64,000 nt of DNA from a virus. Its lineage: Duplodnaviria; Caudoviricetes. The stretch spans positions 64,001 through 128,000 of the IMG/VR virus record IMGVR_UViG_3300014203_000012; one strand, given 5' to 3'. The notes below the pieces were generated by a model that searched no databases, had not been told where the DNA came from, and worked only from the letters and a program-made list of their open reading frames with translations. Position numbers and translations under genes: made by a program. Below, in pieces: positions 20,010-27,960 of the stretch (position 1 is its first letter; each line of letters opens with the position of its first letter).

Positions 20010-21149
20010 TTATTTACAAGCATAAGTAGATTTAGTATCAGCCAAATACATTATAAATCTTTTTCTTAGAATAATATTATCCCATAATAAAGATATATTA
20101 CTTAAACTAGATATTAAAGTAAGAGTAGTATATGGCGCAGATGATGTAAATCCTAATTGACCATTATAATTATTACCAAATGACTTTACGGTACTATCAT
20201 TTAATAATACTAAAGAATGCCCCATACCACATGATATTTGTTTTATATTAGTTAAACTAGAGATTAGTATAGGAGTAGATTGCGGAGTAACTTTATTACC
20301 TAATCCTAATTCACCGTATTGATTATCACCAAATCCCATTAATGTACTATCATTTAGTAATACTAAACAATGAGATTGACCACATGCTATTTGGTTTACG
20401 TTAGTCAAACTAGGTATTAACGTAGGAGCGAGATATGTCGTAGTATTTCCTAAACCTAATTGGCCATAACCATTCTGCCCACATGATTTTACAGTACCAT
20501 CGTTTAGTAATACTAAAGAATGATTACCACCACATGCTATTTGTTTTACGTTACTTAGACTAGATATTAAAGTAGGAGTAGTATATGGAGTAGTGATGTT
20601 ACCTAAGCCTAATTGCCCATTAGTATTCATACCAAATGATTTTACTGTACCATCATTTAGTAATGCTAAAGAATGACTACCACCACATGATATTTGTTTT
20701 ACGTTAGATAGACTAGGTATTAATGTAGGAGTAGTATATCCTACATTAGTATTGCCCAATCCCAATTGACCATATGTATTCTGCCCACATGCTTTTACTG
20801 TACCATCATTTAATAAAACTAAAGAATGATAACCGCCGCATGCTATTTGTTTTATGCTACTCAGCCCAGATATTAACGTAGGAGTATTATATGGTGATGT
20901 AGTATTACCTAAACCTAATTGACCATTATAATTATTACCAAATGACTTTACGGTACTATCATTTAATAATACTAAAGAATGTTGGGCTCCACATGATATT
21001 TGTTTTACGTTAGATAAATTAGGTATTAATGTAGGAGTACTAATTGGGTTGACTACATTACCTAAACCTAATTGTCCTTGATCGTTACTACCAAATGCTT
21101 TTATTGTTCCATCATTTAATAAAACTAAAGACTGAGTATTATTTGACAT
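20010..21149 (-). CDS. RCC1/BLIP-II repeat 7-bladed beta-propeller protein
   Basis: Seven ~51 aa repeats QIxCGxxHSLVLLNDGTVKxFGxNxxGQLGLG; RBS GAGGTG; late promoter AACA TCTAAG TA at 21182-21193. Confidence 0.92.
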   Translation of the reverse strand: MSNNTQSLVLLNDGTIKAFGSNDQGQLGLGNVVNPISTPTLIPNLSNVKQISCGAQHSLVLLNDSTVKSFGNNYNGQLGLGNTTSPYNTPTLISGLSSIKQIACGGYHSLVLLNDGTVKACGQNTYGQLGLGNTNVGYTTPTLIPSLSNVKQISCGGSHSLALLNDGTVKSFGMNTNGQLGLGNITTPYTTPTLISSLSNVKQIACGGNHSLVLLNDGTVKSCGQNGYGQLGLGNTTTYLAPTLIPSLTNVNQIACGQSHCLVLLNDSTLMGFGDNQYGELGLGNKVTPQSTPILISSLTNIKQISCGMGHSLVLLNDSTVKSFGNNYNGQLGFTSSAPYTTLTLISSLSNISLLWDNIILRKRFIMYLADTKSTYACK

Positions 21150-21219
21150 TGCAATCACCTCTTATTTGTTTCTTTTATACTTACTTAGATGTTGGGGTAT
21201 ATTGATATTACAATAAAAA

Positions 21220-21246
21220 ATAAGGCACTTTATACAAGTGCCTTAT
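21220..21246 (-). terminator. terminator hairpin
   Basis: ataaggcactt..aagtgccttat. Confidence 0.75.
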
Positions 21247-21253
21247 ATATTAA

Positions 21254-21604
21254 TTATTTCATTTTATGCATAAGAGCAGTCTGTTCAGCTAATGATAGGA
21301 ACATAGGTCTAAACCATGCTTCAGGGCAATTATCGTCAATATATTTTAACGCAATTGGTTTTGCAGCAAGTTGAATCATTGCTACTATTGGAGCTAGACC
21401 GTAATCTTTAGCTTTGTCATCCCATCTACATCTAAACTCCTTCATAGATTCGTCTGCTACAATTAGTTTAAATACATCATTGACTTGGGTTTCAAACATC
21501 CCGTTTTTATGTAAGAAGAGCTGTAGCTCTTCCCCTAACGTTAAGTTCTCACCTATCGCTTTTAATTTAATCGTGGTTTGTTTTAATACATTACTTTCAT
21601 TCAT
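21254..21604 (-). CDS. hypothetical protein
   Basis: 116 aa, RBS GGGAGG inside end of ATPase gene. Confidence 0.75.
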   Translation of the reverse strand: MNESNVLKQTTIKLKAIGENLTLGEELQLFLHKNGMFETQVNDVFKLIVADESMKEFRCRWDDKAKDYGLAPIVAMIQLAAKPIALKYIDDNCPEAWFRPMFLSLAEQTALMHKMK

Positions 21605-21606
21605 AA

Positions 21607-23604
21607 TTAATCCCTCCCAAATCCTATTTTTATTTTATCTAAAGCTTTATTCATATCAGATATATCATCGGAACTTATAGTAAATATTTCATCTGCAGTC
21701 ATATCAATATATTTATTATCTTCTGATAATCTAGTGGCTTGACGCATAATCGCTTGTTCTAACAAAGTACGTACAAATCTACCATTGCCAAAATCTTTAG
21801 TGCTCATCGCAGTAGATATTTGTATTTCTGCAAAAGCTAACGCCTCTTTGGTAAGGGTAAACTTTTCTTTCTTTGCCATATACGATAATAAATGCATAAG
21901 CTCAGTTTTACTATAATTATCAAATTTAATATGAAACCCTATTCTACTCCTAAGACCAGGATTTGTATCTAGAAACTTTTCCATTTTATCTGGATAACCG
22001 GCTAGGATAATTATAGTATCATCTTTAACTTTATCCATTTCTTCTACTAGAGTATTTATTGCTTCATCTCCAAACATACCAGCTTTATAATCGACCAATG
22101 CATATGCTTCATCTATGAATAGAATTCCTCCTTTGGCAGATTTTATAGCAGCTTTAGTTTTTACTGCAGTATGCCCAACATACTCACCTACTAAACTAGA
22201 TCTTCCGACTTCTACGATTTTACCATTTGTTATAATATCACTTTCTTTAAGAATATTTGCTAATAACCTAGCTACTGTTGTTTTAGCAGTTCCTGGATTG
22301 CCATAGAATACCATATGTCTACATAGGGTAGACGTGGATATTCCTTTTTCTAAATATACTTTTTGCATCTTAACGTATGATAGAATTTGATTAACTGTAT
22401 CTTTGACATTACCAAGCCCTATCATACTATTTAATCTTGCCATAGGGTCGAATGATAATCCTTTCTTAATATCAAGGCTATTTATTTTGTTATATCCCAT
22501 AGACATGATAAGATGATTTGTCTTCCATTTAGTATATAGAACTTCTAAATCTGTGGGTGTGTAAACAAGTTCTTTTAATGATTCACCTCCGTACTTTTTA
22601 AATCCATCAGATTTGGCTTTTGTATTTAAAAATTTCATAGCAATTTCAGTATTAACATTCTTAGGTAGTAAAGGAACATATATAATATTATTGTCTTTTG
22701 CAATTCCTAATATATTATCTTTATCATGAAAGTCTTTTACTGAAATAATAGTTAATACAGATGAGGAATATTCTGCACTTAATTGTATTATTTTTTGAAT
22801 AGTGGCTTCTGAAGTTGTTCCTCTAAATCTATTAAGTTCAGGAGTATTTGCATCTTCTATTTTATTAATTTCAAATATTATCGTATTTCCTGTACCTATA
22901 CGATATGCCATATTAAGATCTTTGCTACTAATATCAGAAGCGTCAACAAAATTAACACATACTGATACTCCTCTATTATTTTTATGAAGTGAATGGACTA
23001 ATGCCATTGGAATAGTATGTCTCTCTTCATGTCTTATAACATAATGAACTGGATGACCATGAAACGATTTAAATTTATTAGCCTTTATTCGATTAAGCTC
23101 ATCTGTAAAATCTCCTAATAAATCTATATTATATATAGAATTAATATTTATATCTTCCACTTCAGTGGTCGATGAGTTGTTATTCCCTCTAACTCTTCGC
23201 ATAATAGTTTGTACTGAAGATGAATAATCGTCAATGCCGATTAATTTATTAACCATATCAGAGCCTATAATTTTTATATTATACGAATCGGGATGAACAG
23301 AAAAGGTTGAAAATATGAATTCATCTATATATTTATATACATTTTTATACATAATACTGTATGATGGAGTTGTTTTGTTGTCTATTGTATAAAACGCATA
23401 TACATTAAATTCAGTATTAGTAAAATTGACAGATGATAATATAGGTAGGATATATGCATTCTTATTATACATAGAAATAGAAAGTGCGTCATTGGTAATT
23501 TCTACGACCTCAGGTATATAATTTTTATCAGTAGACCCGTCCTCTTCTAATAATGGGTGTTTGACTGGTTCATTAAATTTTACATGTACTTCAAATAATA
23601 ACAT
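21607..23604 (-). CDS. AAA+ ATPase, SpoVK/CbbX/EccA family
   Basis: HMVFYGNPGTAKTT Walker A, LFIDEAY Walker B, NPGLRSR, FGNGRFVR, C-terminal IGF; early promoter at 23647-23657. Confidence 0.9.
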   Translation of the reverse strand: MLLFEVHVKFNEPVKHPLLEEDGSTDKNYIPEVVEITNDALSISMYNKNAYILPILSSVNFTNTEFNVYAFYTIDNKTTPSYSIMYKNVYKYIDEFIFSTFSVHPDSYNIKIIGSDMVNKLIGIDDYSSSVQTIMRRVRGNNNSSTTEVEDININSIYNIDLLGDFTDELNRIKANKFKSFHGHPVHYVIRHEERHTIPMALVHSLHKNNRGVSVCVNFVDASDISSKDLNMAYRIGTGNTIIFEINKIEDANTPELNRFRGTTSEATIQKIIQLSAEYSSSVLTIISVKDFHDKDNILGIAKDNNIIYVPLLPKNVNTEIAMKFLNTKAKSDGFKKYGGESLKELVYTPTDLEVLYTKWKTNHLIMSMGYNKINSLDIKKGLSFDPMARLNSMIGLGNVKDTVNQILSYVKMQKVYLEKGISTSTLCRHMVFYGNPGTAKTTVARLLANILKESDIITNGKIVEVGRSSLVGEYVGHTAVKTKAAIKSAKGGILFIDEAYALVDYKAGMFGDEAINTLVEEMDKVKDDTIIILAGYPDKMEKFLDTNPGLRSRIGFHIKFDNYSKTELMHLLSYMAKKEKFTLTKEALAFAEIQISTAMSTKDFGNGRFVRTLLEQAIMRQATRLSEDNKYIDMTADEIFTISSDDISDMNKALDKIKIGFGRD

Positions 23605-23662
23605 AATTCATTTCTCCTTTAGTTTTTATTTTATATTGCTCATTTATATAATATATAACTAA

Positions 23663-23713
23663 AAGAAAAGAATATAACGGTATAGCATAATGCTATACCG
23701 TTTATTTTATTTA
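23663..23713. repeat. 51-bp perfect direct repeat, copy 1 (contains terminator hairpin)
   Basis: aagaaaagaatataacggtatagcataatgctataccgtttattttattta, identical to 24938-24988. Confidence 0.92.
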
Positions 23714-24858
23714 ATAGCATATACCGATTTAGTATCAGTTCTAAACATTACAAATATATTTCTTAGGATAACTAATAATGTATAATTATCCCATAATAAA
23801 GTTACATTACTTAGATTAGGTATTAAAGTAGGAGTGGTATATGGGGTTACTACGTTACCTAAACCTAATTGTCCATAAGTATTATAACCAAATGCTTTTA
23901 CTGTACCATCATTTAGTAATGCTAATGAATGGAGACTACCACATACTATTTGGTTTACGTTACTTAGACTAGGTATTAAAGTAGGAGTAGTATATGATAT
24001 TGTAGTATTACCTAAACCTAATTCACCATCACTATTATATCCAAATGCTTTTACAGTACCATCGTTTAATAAAACTAAAGAATAATATACCCCTCCTGCT
24101 ATTTGTTTTACATTACTTAGATTAGGTATTAATGTAGGAATGGTACTGTTAGCAGTATTACCTAAACCTAATTGTCCATAATCATTCCTGCCAAATCCTT
24201 TTACTGTACCATCATTTAGTAAAACTAAAGAATGAGCATTACCACATGATATTTGGTTTACGTTAGTTATATTAGGTATTAATGTAGGACTCATATATGG
24301 AGTAGTTACGTTACCTAAACCTAATTGACCTTGAGCATTATAACCAAACGACTTTACTGTACCATTATTTAATAATACTAAAGAATGACTACTACCGCAT
24401 GATATTTGTTTTACGTTAGTTAGACTAGGTATTAGCGTAGGACTAGTAATTGGAGTAGTTACATTACCTAAACCTAATTGACCATTAATATTATAACCAA
24501 ATCCTTTTACTGTACCATCATTAAGTAAAACTAAAGAATGACTATCACCACATACTACTTGTTTTACGTTACTTAGACTAGGTATTAACGTAGGACTATT
24601 TTGTTGTGTGGTATTACCTAAACCTAATTGTCCATTACCATTATAACCAAATACTTTTACTGTACCGTCATTTAGTAAAATTAAAGAATGATTACCTCCA
24701 CATGATATTTGTTTTGCATTACTTAGATTAGGTATTAAAGTAGGAGTAGTAATTGGTGTTGTAGTATTACCTAAACCTAATTGACCTTGAGTATTCATAC
24801 CAAATCCTTTTACTGTACCATCGTTTAGTAAAACTAAAGAATGATAATTTAATCCCAT
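23707..24858 (-). CDS. RCC1/BLIP-II repeat 7-bladed beta-propeller protein (paralog)
   Basis: Seven RCC1 repeats; RBS GAGGTG; late promoter AACA CCTAGA TA at 24894-24905. Confidence 0.92.
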   Translation of the reverse strand: MGLNYHSLVLLNDGTVKGFGMNTQGQLGLGNTTTPITTPTLIPNLSNAKQISCGGNHSLILLNDGTVKVFGYNGNGQLGLGNTTQQNSPTLIPSLSNVKQVVCGDSHSLVLLNDGTVKGFGYNINGQLGLGNVTTPITSPTLIPSLTNVKQISCGSSHSLVLLNNGTVKSFGYNAQGQLGLGNVTTPYMSPTLIPNITNVNQISCGNAHSLVLLNDGTVKGFGRNDYGQLGLGNTANSTIPTLIPNLSNVKQIAGGVYYSLVLLNDGTVKAFGYNSDGELGLGNTTISYTTPTLIPSLSNVNQIVCGSLHSLALLNDGTVKAFGYNTYGQLGLGNVVTPYTTPTLIPNLSNVTLLWDNYTLLVILRNIFVMFRTDTKSVYAIK

Positions 24859-24937
24859 TATAAAACACCTCGTATTCTTTTATATTTAATACTTATCTAG
24901 GTGTTGATATATATATATATTTAATACAACAAAATAT

Positions 24938-24988
24938 AAGAAAAGAATATAACGGTATAGCATAATGCTATACCGTTTATTTTATTTA
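24938..24988. repeat. 51-bp perfect direct repeat, copy 2
   Basis: Identical to 23663-23713. Confidence 0.92.
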
Positions 24989-25417
24989 CTCAAAACATTC
25001 ATCGTATATTTCACGGCATCTGGTAATATAAGTTTCTAAAGAATCTGTAAAGTAATCTCCATGATACAGCGCAATAACATACTCCTCTAAAGTAGTTGCT
25101 TGGTCGATACCATTCTCGATATAATATCCTAGGTATCTACCAAAATAGCTTGCATAATCTTCAGGTGATTCGAATACTTGATATGGATTACCTTCTGGAC
25201 TCATATCATCTCCAGTAAACCATTCTGGCTGTGGTTTAAATTGTTTTAATCCACCGAAATTATTAGCAACAGTTGCACCCCAATTAGTAAAGTTTCCAGT
25301 CTCGTGTTGCCATTGGGCACGCAACCACCGAGGATCAATATTTGTTAACCCTTTCTTTTCAACTGCTTCTTGAACTGCCATTTTAGCAAGTTCAAAAAAT
25401 TTATCATCTATTGCCAT
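24986..25417 (-). CDS. glucosaminidase (GH73/FlgJ-like) peptidoglycan hydrolase, possible endolysin
   Basis: AQWQHETG (catalytic Glu), NNFGGLK, YFTD motifs. Confidence 0.75.
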   Translation of the reverse strand: MAIDDKFFELAKMAVQEAVEKKGLTNIDPRWLRAQWQHETGNFTNWGATVANNFGGLKQFKPQPEWFTGDDMSPEGNPYQVFESPEDYASYFGRYLGYYIENGIDQATTLEEYVIALYHGDYFTDSLETYITRCREIYDECFE

Positions 25418-25525
25418 TGTATTTTCACCCTTTCATTATTATTAGGAGTTCTCCCCCTATCTTAAAGTTAATAATAAAATTATAAAAAATAAAAGAGGAG
25501 TATAGAAACTCCTCATATTAACCTA

Positions 25526-25939
25526 TTATTTTTTCATTATAAAAGTAGCATTCATTTCTTTTCCTTTGGAAGTAATTATAATATTGAGATCTATACTTTC
25601 AATATTATTAAAATCTTTCCATTCTCTATTAACTCCGAATAAATTAGGATTTAACATATAAGTTCCAGAACTTTGTTTTTGAAATATATTATTTTTATTC
25701 AAATCTGCTATACAATTTCCGATATGCCCCATAGAACAATTTAAAGATTTTGATATTTCTTGCTTCATCCCAGCATTAATATATATTACCTGACCATTTT
25801 CTGTTAGTGTAATTCTTTTAGTTAGCTCTTTAAATACAGGAACGTATCCTTTTGCAAGATTATTAAATCTAAATATATTTTCTAAATACTCGTTTATTCT
25901 CTCTTCTATAATATTAATCTCCCCCTTATTATTGCTCAT
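25526..25939 (-). CDS. RepL-like (Firmicute plasmid replication) winged-helix protein
   Basis: KQEISKSLNCS HTH and GTYMLNPNLF wing; early promoter at 25943-25953. Confidence 0.6.
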   Translation of the reverse strand: MSNNKGEINIIEERINEYLENIFRFNNLAKGYVPVFKELTKRITLTENGQVIYINAGMKQEISKSLNCSMGHIGNCIADLNKNNIFQKQSSGTYMLNPNLFGVNREWKDFNNIESIDLNIIITSKGKEMNATFIMKK

Positions 25940-25964
25940 CTATATAATATATAACCAAAAAATA

Positions 25965-25989
25965 AAGGTAAGACGTAATGTCTTACCTT
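25965..25989. terminator. palindrome, reverse complement of 26497-26521
   Basis: aaggtaagac-gtaat-gtcttacctt. Confidence 0.8.
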
Positions 25990-26000
25990 TATATAGTGGT

Positions 26001-26405
26001 TTAGTCAAACACTCCCAATGCAGCAAAAGCACAAGTTACATTGAAATTAATTCTATCTTGCATGTCTATAACTGGTATATACATTCTAAAAAGTGTATCA
26101 CCATCTTCTTGTACACATTCTATCAGATCCTGTATAGTATTACCCTTTAAAGTTATAACCCCTTCCCAACTATGAGTATTATCACTTTTTACTAATGACA
26201 TAGGTGTATCTGAATATACTCCATTATAAAATTCCACTTTAAATCCTGGTTTGAATGAAACTACACATCTATTTGGGGATATGTAATCTATATCAATACA
26301 ATCGCGTAAATATTTAGCATGTTCTCCAGTTACATACACTATTGCATGACTGTCAAATAAGATAGTCGGAGAGTATGCCTTAAAAGTACAATTAATTTGT
26401 TCCAT
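26001..26405 (-). CDS. hypothetical protein
   Basis: RBS GAGGTG before MEQIN; GACA-N6-TA at 26429-26440. Confidence 0.7.
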   Translation of the reverse strand: MEQINCTFKAYSPTILFDSHAIVYVTGEHAKYLRDCIDIDYISPNRCVVSFKPGFKVEFYNGVYSDTPMSLVKSDNTHSWEGVITLKGNTIQDLIECVQEDGDTLFRMYIPVIDMQDRINFNVTCAFAALGVFD

Positions 26406-26496
26406 TTTTATCACCTCATAAATATTTTTACTAGGTTGTCTGGAGAAATTTATTTTCTGACTAGTTCTAATACGTCCAACTAGTATTAAAAAATAT

Positions 26497-26521
26497 AAGG
26501 TAAGACATTACGTCTTACCTT
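26497..26521. terminator. palindrome, reverse complement of 25965-25989
   Basis: aaggtaagac-attac-gtcttacctt. Confidence 0.8.
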
Positions 26522-26691
26522 ATTATATCTAATTCCTCATCTATTTTACTTTCAAGCCATTCTGTTTTAGTTTTACCTAATTTAGTAAGCTTAGCCTCAA
26601 AGCTTTCAATTTTAGTTTTATCGAGATATACGCTAAAGTTTTTCTTACTTTCTCGTCTCTTTTTAAAATATACTGCTCTGCTATCTGCCAT
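26515..26691 (-). CDS. small ribbon-helix-helix-like DNA-binding protein (58 aa, not in ORF track)
   Basis: MADSRAVYFKKRRESKKNFSVYLDK...GKTKTEWLESKIDEEL; RBS AAAGGA. Confidence 0.7.
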   Translation of the reverse strand: MADSRAVYFKKRRESKKNFSVYLDKTKIESFEAKLTKLGKTKTEWLESKIDEELDIIR

Positions 26692-26707
26692 AATATCACA
26701 GTCCTTT

Positions 26708-27028
26708 TTATATGATTTCTATAGTGCAATCTGGTACTTTAGAAATCTTTAGAAATTCAGTTAACTCCGCTAAAGATGGAGTATGTATCGCTACAGTTGC
26801 ATCAAAATTAAGTTTTGTGTAATCATAATTAAAAGTAAAGCTTTTATTAATAAATATAGAATCGGTAAAATTTAGCTTTTCTCCATCCCTATTAAATATT
26901 ATACTCATGAAATGACATCCATCCTCTAAAGTATAATCCTGGTCAAGTAAAAGTATATATTCACTTGCGTTTAATACTTTAAGTAACAATTCTGGGTCTT
27001 CTATTGTTATCTTACATTGAATTTCCAT
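26708..27028 (-). CDS. hypothetical protein
   Basis: 106 aa, RBS AAGGAG. Confidence 0.7.
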   Translation of the reverse strand: MEIQCKITIEDPELLLKVLNASEYILLLDQDYTLEDGCHFMSIIFNRDGEKLNFTDSIFINKSFTFNYDYTKLNFDATVAIHTPSLAELTEFLKISKVPDCTIEII

Positions 27029-27042
27029 ATTAATCTCTCCTT

Positions 27043-27876
27043 TTACTTTGCTATAGGAACTCGTTCTACTATTGTTCTTTGAGCTACTGGGATGGTATTA
27101 CCATTTTTAAAGAAGGCTTGTTCTGGTAACTGATTTAATCTTCCTAGTCTGTCATATAATATTCTAGGAGTTATAGATAATAGTCTAGCCCATTGAGATA
27201 TAGTAATACTTATCCCATTACATTCAACGAATATATTATCTCTACGATTATTTGCTTGGGTGTAATCATCAGCCCATCTGCAATTTGAAGGACAATAATT
27301 GCCATTAACATCTTTCCTATCAATAGACATATGATCTGGTTTGTCTCCCATATCTGAATAGAAATTTTCAAATGATTCTACCCACGAATTGCATACAGTT
27401 ATACCTCGCCCACCATAGTCATTATAACTATTACATTTATCAGAAGAACATCGTCGAATCATTTCTTTCCATATTTTATATTCATGATAATGATTAACGG
27501 AAAATCTTTCGTATCTGCACCCACAGTTTATCGTTCTACCATTCTTTAAAGACCCACCAAGTACTGATATTAATTTACCACATTTAAGACATTTACAGAC
27601 CCATTTACGATTTAATGTTTTTCTTTCTAGATCTTCTTTAATAACAATTAATGTACCAAATTTCTGATCTACTAGATTATCTTTCTTTTCATGTCCGCAA
27701 GATTGAGATGTACCGCTTCGTAATGCACTAGATGAAACAGATCTTATTTGTTTGCATTCGCATTTACAAATCCATCTAGCGCTTATGCCACTTCCTGCAC
27801 TAGCTACTTTATCAAGTTTAATAACTTTCCATTTTCCAAATATTTGTCCTGTCAAATCAATAACTCTTTTACCCAT
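27043..27876 (-). CDS. free-standing HNH homing endonuclease with Zn-finger repeats
   Basis: DLTGQIFG/CxC repeats; YGGRGITVC, SIDRKDVNGNYCPSNCRWA; early promoter at 27936-27946. Confidence 0.88.
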   Translation of the reverse strand: MGKRVIDLTGQIFGKWKVIKLDKVASAGSGISARWICKCECKQIRSVSSSALRSGTSQSCGHEKKDNLVDQKFGTLIVIKEDLERKTLNRKWVCKCLKCGKLISVLGGSLKNGRTINCGCRYERFSVNHYHEYKIWKEMIRRCSSDKCNSYNDYGGRGITVCNSWVESFENFYSDMGDKPDHMSIDRKDVNGNYCPSNCRWADDYTQANNRRDNIFVECNGISITISQWARLLSITPRILYDRLGRLNQLPEQAFFKNGNTIPVAQRTIVERVPIAK

Positions 27877-27903
27877 AATACACCTTCTTAAATCATACAA
27901 AAT

Positions 27904-27932
27904 AAGAGTAATACCAATATGGTATTACTCTT
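27904..27932 (-). terminator. hairpin between RNAP gene and HNH gene
   Basis: aagagtaatacca..tggtattactctt. Confidence 0.65.
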
Positions 27933-27960
27933 TATTATAATATATACTTAAGAATTATAA

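Noticed and set aside
20010-24858. Diversity-generating retroelement acting on RCC1 repeats
   Set aside because: No reverse transcriptase or non-coding template repeat in the window; differences between blades are not confined to adenines.
20010-24858. CRISPR array suggested by periodic repeats
   Set aside because: The ~153-bp repeats are in-frame protein-coding blades; no repeat-spacer structure and no cas genes.
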